Shown here: piece after piece, positions 1 to 8,445 of the stretch
How positions within the stretch are numbered: position 1 is the stretch's first letter
Layout: every line of letters starts with the position of its first letter
DNA from: Acaryochloris thomasi RCC1774
GTDB lineage: Bacteria; Cyanobacteriota; Cyanobacteriia; Thermosynechococcales; Thermosynechococcaceae
Length of the DNA stretch: 32,000 bases
Direction of reading: 5' to 3'
Assembly (NCBI RefSeq): GCF_003231495.1
Contig: NZ_PQWO01000019.1
Span: 1 to 32,000, forward strand
Program-made: the position numbers and the translations under genes
Notes under the pieces: generated by a model
The model's database searches: none
What the model saw: the letters and a program-made list of their open reading frames with translations, nothing else
What the model was told of the DNA's origin: nothing

Positions 1-672
1 AAGAGAGTTAGAGTTGCTAACGCACCCACCAGAGATGAATATGACTGGGCGTTTGAGCTTAATTAGGATAATCTAGATTCATAGCTGTGGTTCAAGAAAA
101 AATGATACCTACTACAGACACAACCCAACGATTCACATCAAAGAATCTGGCCTTTCTCGAGTCAATGTGAAGGTTAGCTGAGAAAGCCATTTTCTTGGCT
201 CCAGAATGGATGCTGAATCGCAGCACAAAAAGCTGGGCGCACCAAAATCTTTTCAAAAATCCAGAAAGTTTGAAGCTGAATGTCCTGAGAGAGTTCTCTC
301 TACATTCCCAAGTTTGGCTGCAAGCTAAGCGATGGGCTGGATCATTGCCGAAGAATTCTTATGTCCCTTAAAACCTTGATCTTGATTCATTAAGACGCAG
401 CATCCGGTTCCGAAGAGATTTAACTTCTTGGACTAAAAGCTAGCAATATAGCTGAGCCACAAACTGTGTGGGCCAAGCATTAGCCTCCCCTACAGGTGGC
501 CTCAGTTGACCTATGCGCAGATATTTTTGAAACCTTGCTGCATAAGAGGCGAAGGTCTACCGCTAGCAATCACCGGTTGCAGGAGCGTTTGTTCAGAACG
601 CCACATCCTTCATTAGCGCCATTTTGAATCGGCGTCCATTTCAAGCATTTAACCTTTCGTCTTTATTAAAAA

Positions 673-1602
673 ATGCAGTACCTCGAAGCTGAAAATATCA
701 TCAAATCTCTTCCCCAAGGGAAAACACTTTTCTATTACTTTAAAGATCGTTATGCACTCATGTTGCTGAGCTATTTCGTCAAAGCCGGGAAGAGAAAGCA
801 CGAGATACAAACCTCAGCATTCTCCAAATTGCTCACTAAACCCAACGTTAAACAGGCAATGTCAAACGCAGGGGGTAAAATCCTATCAGAAGATATTTTT
901 GACTCACAGTGGCCTTTGCAAAGCGAGTGTTATCGGCTGACCCTCGGTACCTGGGGAAGTGGTTATCAGTACTACGATCAGATGTCGCGGCAGGGTAAGA
1001 ATCTTGTCCTGCAGCTCAACTTCTCTTCCAAGCACAATCGTCCCTACCAACGGCTGATTAGACCTGACGACTTTCATCCATTTGAATACGAAGACCATCC
1101 GATCTCAGATGGTGGGCACCATACATTAGCTTGGTCCCGCATTGATTTAGATCTCAATACTGGCGAAGCCCTCATCGAAGAGATTCAGAACGATTGGATC
1201 CGATTTGCTCTCAGAAGCAAAGCTGCTGCCGATCATAAATCTGACTCTATCTACTTTCGAGGGTCTTTGCTTCGCGTCAACCAGGTAAGAGAGTATGTAG
1301 ATCAAGTCCTGCTCCCTCATATCAAGCTGTGGGATGAGGCTATGCTCGCTGCTACAATTTGGTTCCTGCGAGAAGAGCTAGGCATCAAAAAGATCTTTTA
1401 CCACACCTACGAGTCAGGAGCTACGCTGAAAAAAATAGCCGGGACATTACCTCCTAGATCGCTATACACAGCATTACCTAAAAAGTTTTGCTTCCGCGAA
1501 ACGCATGAGCAGCCAACATTCCTGAATCCTAGCGTCAGAAATAAAAAAAGAAGACAGCTATTGAGCAACGCTAGGTTTCAATTATTGAGCTGGCAATCAT
1601 AA
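673..1602 (+). CDS. uncharacterised conserved-looking protein (309 aa); no family recognised
   Basis: Long ATG-initiated ORF. A 10-bp GC-rich hairpin with a T-rich tail follows 7 nt after the stop. The only overlapping ORF is a short antisense shadow. Internal motif RIDLDLNTGEALIEEIQNDW is loosely nuclease-like. Confidence 0.6.
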   Translation: MQYLEAENIIKSLPQGKTLFYYFKDRYALMLLSYFVKAGKRKHEIQTSAFSKLLTKPNVKQAMSNAGGKILSEDIFDSQWPLQSECYRLTLGTWGSGYQYYDQMSRQGKNLVLQLNFSSKHNRPYQRLIRPDDFHPFEYEDHPISDGGHHTLAWSRIDLDLNTGEALIEEIQNDWIRFALRSKAAADHKSDSIYFRGSLLRVNQVREYVDQVLLPHIKLWDEAMLAATIWFLREELGIKKIFYHTYESGATLKKIAGTLPPRSLYTALPKKFCFRETHEQPTFLNPSVRNKKRRQLLSNARFQLLSWQS

Positions 1603-1608
1603 CCATTG

Positions 1609-1650
1609 GGCCTTATCCACACAAGGAGGATAAGGCCTCAAATTCTTTTA
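1609..1650 (+). terminator. putative intrinsic terminator
   Basis: GGCCTTATCC (1609-1618), 9-nt loop, GGATAAGGCC (1628-1637), then TCAAATTCTTTTA. Confidence 0.5.
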
Positions 1651-1792
1651 GGTGGGCAATGCCTTTTACACGGAGGAACTTCAGAACCGTTTTATCTTCA
1701 CAGGCAATAGAGCAACGATAAGAACTGGCTCGATCACTGCCCAATCGTTATGTATCTTAAACCATTACTCACTCCAGTAACTTCAGGCCGAC

Positions 1793-2449
1793 ATGCAAAA
1801 TAAAGATAAGAGCCGCAGATTTTTTTTGAAGCTGGGTCTTGCAAGCACAGCCTCGGCAGTCTTTGGGAAGTCGGTGCACGGACAATCCATCCTAAAAATC
1901 AATCCGACTCCATCCGAAATTGAAGGTCCTTTTTATCCTGTCATGGCCCAAAAGGACAAAGATTTCGACCTGACTCAAATTGAAGGAAAAGAAGGAAAGG
2001 CCAAAGGCAAAATCATCACTATCGAAGGGCAAATTACTGACACCAATGGCGTCCCCCTTGAGGATGCCACCGTAGATCTATGGCAGGCTAACAGCGCAGG
2101 CCGTTACCGCCATCCCCGTGACCCTAACGACGCACCACTCGATCCCAGCTTTCAAGGCTGGGCAATTGTTCCCAGTGGCAGGGAGGGGGGATTTCGCTTT
2201 CAGACAGTTTATCCAGGTACTTATCCAGCAGCAGCAGGCTGGACCCGCCCGCCGCATCTCCATTTCAAGGTGAGTAAATTGGGCTACGTCGAATTAATTA
2301 CTCAGATGTACTTTCCCGATCATGCTCTCAATGAGACAGATTTGCTGCTGCAAAGTAAATCAACAGAAGAGCAAAGTCTAATGATTGCTAAGCTATCGAG
2401 CAAAAGTCCTGAAACCTATCGCTACAATATTGCTCTATCAAAGGCCTAA
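1793..2449 (+). CDS. intradiol ring-cleavage dioxygenase family protein (protocatechuate 3,4-dioxygenase beta-like) with a Tat-type signal peptide
   Basis: N-terminus KSRRFFLKLGLASTASAVFG is twin-arginine-like. Family-typical motifs are present: EGPFYP, GRYRH, FQTVYPGTYP, RPPHLHFKV. Confidence 0.8.
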   Translation: MQNKDKSRRFFLKLGLASTASAVFGKSVHGQSILKINPTPSEIEGPFYPVMAQKDKDFDLTQIEGKEGKAKGKIITIEGQITDTNGVPLEDATVDLWQANSAGRYRHPRDPNDAPLDPSFQGWAIVPSGREGGFRFQTVYPGTYPAAAGWTRPPHLHFKVSKLGYVELITQMYFPDHALNETDLLLQSKSTEEQSLMIAKLSSKSPETYRYNIALSKA

Positions 2450-2474
2450 TTAAGCCTGTCGTCGGTAAGCAAAG

Positions 2475-2921
2475 ATGAACGGTCAAAACATCAAAGCGAT
2501 CTGGATAAAGCGAGCCAAACGCGGCCCAATGGATGCTGTCCAGCAAGCAGAAGCGATCGCAAGTCAAGGACTCGTAGGCAACGCCAACCAGCGAGGGCGG
2601 CGACAGGTCACTCTTCTTGATGCAGCCGTATGGCAGCAAGTCATGCAAGAACTAGGTGTGAGCCTAGATCCATCAGTGCGTCGTGCCAATATATTGGTGA
2701 GCGGCATCGACCTAGCAAAGAGCCGCAAGCGCGTCCTACAGATTGGAGAGTGTCGCATACGGATCTTCACTGAAGCCAAACCCTGCGAACGGATGGACGA
2801 AGTTTTACCAGGGCTGCAAGCTGCTCTCTACCCAAACTGGCGCGGCGGAGCCTGTGGTGAAGTGCTGCAAGGTGGAACTATCAGTGTTGGCGATCATGCT
2901 GTCTGGGCAGACACACGATAA
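2475..2921 (+). CDS. MOSC domain-containing protein
   Basis: 148 aa, resembling small single-domain MOSC proteins (...RQVTLLD..., ANILVSGIDL, KPCERMDEV with the conserved Cys). Lies 25 nt after the dioxygenase. Confidence 0.75.
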   Translation: MNGQNIKAIWIKRAKRGPMDAVQQAEAIASQGLVGNANQRGRRQVTLLDAAVWQQVMQELGVSLDPSVRRANILVSGIDLAKSRKRVLQIGECRIRIFTEAKPCERMDEVLPGLQAALYPNWRGGACGEVLQGGTISVGDHAVWADTR

Positions 2922-2976
2922 GCAGATCTAGTTTGGGCATTCTCATAATCAGAGCAATGTTTTTGAGGCCACCTCT

Positions 2977-3720
2977 ATGACGGTACCTTCAGGCTGGGAA
3001 CTCCCCCAAGCAATAAAACGACGACTAGGCCAAAAAGAAGCAGGCAAGCAACGGGCAATGGTAGCAGAGGAGCATTTGTTACTGATCCTGCACAAAGTCC
3101 CAAAGCAAGGAAGTCGCAAACGCACAGGTCTCTTCTTCTGGCGCACCCCAAACGGCAGTTGGAAATATAGCGGGGGTGGTGATGGATTGGGAAAATTACG
3201 CAGCCATGTCAAAGCTTACAGTGATGCAGAACAGGCACTGACAGCTCAGTATGAGCAAGCTGCTACAGCAGCAGACTACTTTCATCTGCTTGAAAATATT
3301 GGCCCTCTAAGTCGAGCGACAGCAAACCTTTATGCAGCATTGCAGGCCGCGCGAGAAGCCATTTCTGACGATCTCAACATCATTGACCTTCGAGATGCGG
3401 CGATTGATCTGAGCCGAACCCTAGAACTACTTTATGACGACACAAAAAATGCCCTGGATTATGCGCTAGCTAAGCAGGCTGAAGAACAAGCAAGGTTAAG
3501 TCAAAAGTCTGTACGAACGGCACAACGCCTGAATATCCTAGCTGCGATTTTCCTGCCACTGACAGCTCTTTCAAGCGTTTTTGGAATGAATCTCCATAGT
3601 GGGCTAGAGGATCAGTCCACCTCTATCTTTTGGATAGTACTGATCGCGGGTATCTTCCTTGGATTTGCCACAAGAGACTGGGTTCTACGGGGCAAAGTTA
3701 GACCTTCAAACTCTAAATGA
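2977..3720 (+). CDS. short CorA-like divalent-cation transporter family protein (GMN motif)
   Basis: C-terminus RLNILAAIFLPLTALSSVFGMNL...IFWIVLIAGIFLGF gives TM1-GMN-loop-TM2, the CorA signature. A helical cytoplasmic region lies upstream. At 247 aa it is shorter than canonical CorA. Confidence 0.65.
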   Translation: MTVPSGWELPQAIKRRLGQKEAGKQRAMVAEEHLLLILHKVPKQGSRKRTGLFFWRTPNGSWKYSGGGDGLGKLRSHVKAYSDAEQALTAQYEQAATAADYFHLLENIGPLSRATANLYAALQAAREAISDDLNIIDLRDAAIDLSRTLELLYDDTKNALDYALAKQAEEQARLSQKSVRTAQRLNILAAIFLPLTALSSVFGMNLHSGLEDQSTSIFWIVLIAGIFLGFATRDWVLRGKVRPSNSK

Positions 3721-3784
3721 GTTGAGACTAGAGCTTTGGGTTAAGATCAGACCTAATTCCTGCGTCACCAGAGATCAAGAACCC

Positions 3785-3985
3785 ATGAGTGATTTCTTCA
3801 AAAACGTCTTACTCTACCCGCGTTTTTTAGCGGGTATCATGCTAGGTGTGCTGCTGTTCGTCCTCAAGCCCTTGGCACCTTTTATGAAAAATCCGGTGAC
3901 TGCTGTTGCCCTGATTGGCTTTTTTATAGGTGGATTTGCCTTTGTTACCTTAACCTTACGCGCCATGCTGGGCTATCCGATCTAG
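3785..3985 (+). CDS. small two-TM membrane protein, Ycf33/DUF751-like
   Basis: Internal ATG at 3785 of track ORF 3659-3985; the upstream part overlaps the CorA-like gene. Sequence MSDFFKNVLLYPRFLAGIMLGVLLFVLKPL... matches my recollection of the cyanobacterial/plastid Ycf33 pattern. Confidence 0.55.
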   Translation: MSDFFKNVLLYPRFLAGIMLGVLLFVLKPLAPFMKNPVTAVALIGFFIGGFAFVTLTLRAMLGYPI

Positions 3986-4048
3986 ACTAGGCAGGGATCC
4001 TTGAGAAAAAGAGGATCGGGCGATGTGCAGTAAGAGAGGAATTCAATC

Positions 4049-4453
4049 ATGGCCACTGGACGTCGAGTTTCAAAGGTTGCCGAGCTGATCCGGCGGGAAG
4101 TCAGTCAGATGCTGCTCCATGAACTCAAGGATGAGCGCGTTGGGGCCGGTATGATTAGCGTCACCGATGTAGATGTTTCCGGCGATTTACAGCACGCGAC
4201 CGTGTTCGTCAGTATTTATGGTTCTGAAGAAGCCCAGGCCGAAACAATGGAAGGGCTTGATTCAGCCGCAGGCTACGTACGGCGAGAGTTAGGAAAGCGG
4301 GTTCGCCTGCGCCGCTCTCCCGAAATTATTTTTAAGGAGGATCGCTCCCTTGAGCGCGGCATGGGCATGGTCTCTTTGCTCAATAAAATCGGTGCAGAAC
4401 GCAAGCCCGAAGTAGCGGAAGATTCTACTCCTTCTCTAGAAACAGAAATTTAG
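4049..4453 (+). CDS. rbfA: ribosome-binding factor A
   Basis: [18 protein letters not shown]...[25 protein letters not shown] is a typical RbfA sequence. Preceded by a GAGAGGA Shine-Dalgarno-like sequence. Confidence 0.9.
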   Translation: MATGRRVSKVAELIRREVSQMLLHELKDERVGAGMISVTDVDVSGDLQHATVFVSIYGSEEAQAETMEGLDSAAGYVRRELGKRVRLRRSPEIIFKEDRSLERGMGMVSLLNKIGAERKPEVAEDSTPSLETEI

Positions 4454-4465
4454 GCAGATTTAGCT

Positions 4466-6064
4466 TTGACTCAGCTACCCGAATTTTCCGAGCTATCTTT
4501 AGCAGCTCAAGTTGCTCAGATGCTGGTGGTGCGAGCCTCTGGTCATCTTTTTGACCATCAGATTCAATATCCGAGCTGGGAACCCCAAGCAAAACCGCTC
4601 CGCCACTGGCTTCAGGATCTCGGGGTTGGGGGCGTCATTCTTCTAGGAGGGAGCGCGGCTGAGATTGCGCTGCGCTGTCAACAGCTCCAGGAATGGTCGA
4701 AGCTACCGCTGTTCTTGACGGCTGACATCGAAGAAGGCGTGGGCCAGCGATTTTCGGGCGCGACCTGGTTCCCGCCACCGATGGCGCTGGCTGCAATCCC
4801 TGACCAAGAACAGGCGCAACGATATGCCGAACAGATGGGGGCGGTTACGGCTCAAGAGGCTCTAGCGATTGGCCTTAATTGGGTGTTGGCTCCGGTCGTA
4901 GATGTTAACAATAACCCCAAGAATCCCGTGATTAATGTGCGGGCCTTTGGTGATGATCCGCAAACGGTGGGGAAACTGGCGGCGGCTTTCATTCGCGGTG
5001 CTCAAGCTCATCCAGTGCTGACGACGGCGAAGCATTTCCCAGGGCATGGTGATACGGCGACTGACTCCCACCTTGATCTGCCGGTGGTGCCCCATACAAG
5101 GGAGCGACTGCAAAAAGTTGAGTATCCGCCGTTTAAAGATGCGATCGCATCCCAGGTTGACAGCATTATGTCGGCGCATTTGCTGATTCCAGAACTGGAC
5201 AAAAACTATCCGGCAACACTCTCCGACCGCATCTTGACGCAGGAGTTGCGGCAAAATCTTGGGTTTGAGGGATTGATTGTCACCGATGCATTGGTGATGG
5301 GTGCGATCGCAAATCAATACGGCGACAACGAAGCTGCAGTCCTAGCGGTGGAAGCCGGGGCCGATGTCTTAATGATGCCCGCCGATCCACCCGGAGCCAT
5401 AAAAGCGATTTGCGAAGCTGTCGAGACAGGCCGCATTCCAGCAGACCGCATTCACGCATCTCTAGAACGAATCTGGCAGGCCAAGAAAAAGCTCACCGCT
5501 CTTAGCGTTGAAGAGAACGATCATCAACATGCCTGGGAACTCCAGCCTCCACCCCCCATTAATCTCAATCCCCTCGCGGCCCCCGCAGCCCTCACAGCAA
5601 CGGCTGAGATCCTCAAAGCCTCTAGCAAAGTTCAGGGGCAGATCACACCATCCAATCGCCAGCGCACCGTAATTATTGTCGATGACCTGCTTAATTGCGC
5701 GGTTCTCAGTCGCAAGGCACCCGCCGTCGATATCCCACAAAAGCAGGGCTATCAGGTCCAGCTCGTTGATAGTCACACGCCCGATCCAGCTCTGAACAAC
5801 TCGGAATTTGAGGCGACGCTACTGCAGCTTTTTGTCCGAGGCAATCCCTTTCGCGGCAGTGCCGAACAGTCTCAAGTCGTCCAGACCTGGCTAGACTTTT
5901 TGCTCAATGCCCAGCAGCTTCAGGGATTAGTAATCTATGGCAGTCCGTACATCTACGAGCAATTGAAGCCCCAAGTCTCTCAGGGAACGCCCACAGCATT
6001 TTCCTACGGACAAATGCCTCTGGCTCAAACCCTCGTCTTAGAGCAGTTATTTCGTGAATCCTGA
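4466..6064 (+). CDS. nagZ: glycoside hydrolase family 3 beta-N-acetylhexosaminidase
   Basis: GH3 N-terminal domain motifs are present: GQMLVVRASG-like region, VDVNNNPKNPVINVRAFG, KHFPGHGDTATDSHLDLP, VTDALVMGAI. TTG start is proposed by the track; the exact start is uncertain. Confidence 0.85.
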   Translation: MTQLPEFSELSLAAQVAQMLVVRASGHLFDHQIQYPSWEPQAKPLRHWLQDLGVGGVILLGGSAAEIALRCQQLQEWSKLPLFLTADIEEGVGQRFSGATWFPPPMALAAIPDQEQAQRYAEQMGAVTAQEALAIGLNWVLAPVVDVNNNPKNPVINVRAFGDDPQTVGKLAAAFIRGAQAHPVLTTAKHFPGHGDTATDSHLDLPVVPHTRERLQKVEYPPFKDAIASQVDSIMSAHLLIPELDKNYPATLSDRILTQELRQNLGFEGLIVTDALVMGAIANQYGDNEAAVLAVEAGADVLMMPADPPGAIKAICEAVETGRIPADRIHASLERIWQAKKKLTALSVEENDHQHAWELQPPPPINLNPLAAPAALTATAEILKASSKVQGQITPSNRQRTVIIVDDLLNCAVLSRKAPAVDIPQKQGYQVQLVDSHTPDPALNNSEFEATLLQLFVRGNPFRGSAEQSQVVQTWLDFLLNAQQLQGLVIYGSPYIYEQLKPQVSQGTPTAFSYGQMPLAQTLVLEQLFRES

Positions 6065-6068
6065 AAAT

Positions 6069-7253
6069 ATGACTCATTCGTCTGTAAAGACACAAACGCT
6101 AGAAGAACATCGGCAGCAGTTTCCCGCCCTGCAGAATAAACTCTATTTCAACTATGGCGGCCAGGGTCCACTCTCTCAGCCTGCTTTGGATGCCATTCAA
6201 TCAGCGTATATTGAAGTCCAGGAAATTGGACCCTTTACTGGGGCTTCTAATAAATGGATTACGCAGCAGGTTGAAGGAGCTAGGGATGCGATCGCAACCG
6301 AACTCAACGTCGCCTCCAGCACCATTACCCTCACCGACTCCGTTTCCACCGGCTGCAACATCGCCCTCTGGGGCATTAATTGGAAAGCCGGAGATCACCT
6401 ACTTCTATCAGACTGCGAACATCCCAGCGTGATCGCCACCGCCCAACAGCTCCAGCGTCGCTTCGGCATCGAATTTTCCACTTGCCCTATCCTAGAAACC
6501 CTCAACGCAGGTGATCCCATCGCAGCCGTCCTTGAACACCTGCGTCCTCAGACCAAAATGCTGGCGATCAGCCATATTCTTTGGAACACTGGCCAAGTTC
6601 TGCCGCTACAGTCCCTCATTCAGGCGTGCCGACAGCAAAAACCCGAAATTTTAATCCTAGTGGATGCCGCTCAGTCCGTGGGCGTGCTCCCCCTCTCCCT
6701 CGCAGAACTAGATGTTGATTGCTACGCCTTCACCGGCCACAAATGGTGGTGCGGTCCCGACGGCCTCGGTGGACTCTACGTCAGTCCCAACGCTTTAGAG
6801 AAGCTAGAACCCACTTACATGGGCTGGCGCGGCGTCACCGTTAGTTCCTCCGGTTACCCCACAGGCTGGCAACCCGATGGCCGCCGCTTTGAAATTGCCA
6901 CCTCAGCCTATCCTCTGTTTGTCGGCCTGACGGCAGCCCTAAAGCATCAGCAGCAATGGGGGACCGCCCAAGATCGCTATCAGCGCATCCTACAGCTGAG
7001 CCAAAAACTATGGCAGCAGATGCGTCAAATCCCTGGTATCCATTGTCTTCGCTCTGCTCCCCCTGAATCGGGCTTAGTTTCCTTCCAATGTGCAGAACAC
7101 CGAAAGCTGGTTCAAGACCTCGAACACCATCAGATGATGGTCCGGTTAATTGCCGATCCCCAATGCGTACGGGCCTGTGTCCACTACTTAACACTAGACT
7201 CCGAGATCGATCAGCTGACAGCGCAAATTTCTCAAATCATGAGTACGCGATAA
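6069..7253 (+). CDS. aminotransferase class V-fold PLP-dependent enzyme (cysteine desulfurase/epimerase-like)
   Basis: Contains DAAQSVG and the FTGHKWWCGPDGLGGLY PLP-lysine motif. ATG at 6069 lies 4 nt after the nagZ stop. The track's GTG start at 6054 is the alternative. Confidence 0.8.
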   Translation: MTHSSVKTQTLEEHRQQFPALQNKLYFNYGGQGPLSQPALDAIQSAYIEVQEIGPFTGASNKWITQQVEGARDAIATELNVASSTITLTDSVSTGCNIALWGINWKAGDHLLLSDCEHPSVIATAQQLQRRFGIEFSTCPILETLNAGDPIAAVLEHLRPQTKMLAISHILWNTGQVLPLQSLIQACRQQKPEILILVDAAQSVGVLPLSLAELDVDCYAFTGHKWWCGPDGLGGLYVSPNALEKLEPTYMGWRGVTVSSSGYPTGWQPDGRRFEIATSAYPLFVGLTAALKHQQQWGTAQDRYQRILQLSQKLWQQMRQIPGIHCLRSAPPESGLVSFQCAEHRKLVQDLEHHQMMVRLIADPQCVRACVHYLTLDSEIDQLTAQISQIMSTR

Positions 7254-7678
7254 TATGCCCACTCTCAGACCTCTCCTCGGCCTAAATCTCTCAATTGAAG
7301 TCACAAAAGTACAACATCTCCGTAGAGTCACAGAACTTTAGCAAGGGAATTTACATAAGTTCCGTGTAATTACTGAAGAGACTCTACGTGAATATTCGGT
7401 ACTGTTTGATTACAGGCGTGACGTAATCCAATCATGCTTGTTTCAGCACCTTCATGACATTTTCGTCTTGACTTGCTGAGTTTAAGGGGGGATTAAGTTC
7501 ATCGGCCACACCACCGTGGCCATTCATCTTTACTCATCCCAACAGGGACCGTTATATCTTTCTGCTTTGCTGATAGCTCTACGCTGATTGTCAAAGCATT
7601 TTGGCTTGTCAACATTTTCGGCCTCAGGGACTCAATATTCACCCCACTGCTCATACCCACCTCACCCTCTCAAAAACT

Positions 7679-7852
7679 ATGATGACCGAAAAAAGCATTA
7701 GAGATACCCGTGGCAACGGCCATGAAGCCTCAGCAGAAAGCAAACAGCTCGCCATCAGCTTGAAGTTTCACTATGCTGAAACGCTACGCAACATGACCCT
7801 ACAAGAAACGCTTCAGACCATCGCCGAAGTGTGGGAAACCTGCAATCGTTAG
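7679..7852 (+). CDS. possible small protein (57 aa), unknown function
   Basis: ATG-ATG start inside track ORF 7601-7852. Ends just before an 11-bp inverted repeat shared with the ridA 3' end. No family recognised, so coding status is uncertain. Confidence 0.3.
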   Translation: MMTEKSIRDTRGNGHEASAESKQLAISLKFHYAETLRNMTLQETLQTIAEVWETCNR

Positions 7853-7893
7853 CGATTTGCGGTGGCCTATTTCAGGAATTGGACAACTCGTTG

Positions 7894-8280
7894 CTAATGG
7901 GCCACCGCAACACAGTCAATTTCCACCAACACATCCTTCGGGAGCCGAGCCACCTCAACACAGGCTCGGGCAGGGGCAGTTGCCTCATCAAAGTACTGTG
8001 CATAAATCTGATTGACCGTCGAGAAATCATTCATATCGGCCAGAAAAACCGTTGTCTTCACCACCTGCGGCCAACCCACACCTGCTGCTGCTAGCACTGC
8101 CGCCAGGTTCTTCATCACTTGCTCAGTTTGTTGGCTCACGCCTGTCCCCACGATCGTCCCATTGACGGGATCAAGCGCAATTTGCCCAGAGACAAAGATC
8201 ATCCCAGCAGCTTGAACAGCCTGATTGTAAGGCCCCACGGGAGCCGGAGCATGATCGGTATGGATAATAGAGTGAGACAT
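7894..8280 (-). CDS. ridA: RidA family reactive-intermediate deaminase (YjgF/TdcF/L-PSP)
   Basis: APAPVGPYNQAV...GMIFVSGQIALDP...QTEQVMKNL.AVL.AAG...VVKTTVFLADMNDF..VN.IY..YF...PARACVEVARLP is a canonical RidA sequence. Confidence 0.9.
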   Translation of the reverse strand: MSHSIIHTDHAPAPVGPYNQAVQAAGMIFVSGQIALDPVNGTIVGTGVSQQTEQVMKNLAAVLAAAGVGWPQVVKTTVFLADMNDFSTVNQIYAQYFDEATAPARACVEVARLPKDVLVEIDCVAVAH

Positions 8281-8445
8281 AGTGCTTCGATAGTCAGAGC
8301 ACTACTCACAATAGCATTCGCTTCCTCTGCGATAATAAGCAACAGAGGCAGGCTAAAAGTATCTGCTGAGGACAGTTCTCCTTGCGCAATCGCTACTCGC
8401 TATGGGAGCATCCTACTTTCGCTCAAGTATTGCACGGCCCTCACC

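Noticed and set aside
3659-3784. N-terminal 42 codons of track ORF 3659-3985.
   Set aside because: This part overlaps the 3' end of the CorA-like gene in another frame. The conserved-looking small membrane protein begins at the internal ATG at 3785.
4862-5317. 151-aa minus-strand ORF inside nagZ. Similar long antisense ORFs occur inside other genes: 23328-23831 in the porin, 26524-26946 in urtA, 29720-30112 in urtD, 15246-15587 in the WD40 gene, 19628-19981 in amt1 and 6841-7194 in the aminotransferase.
   Set aside because: Each lies entirely antisense to, or out of frame within, a gene with strong family signatures. Their translations are low-complexity or Arg/Cys-rich with no recognisable motifs. 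They are typical shadow ORFs.
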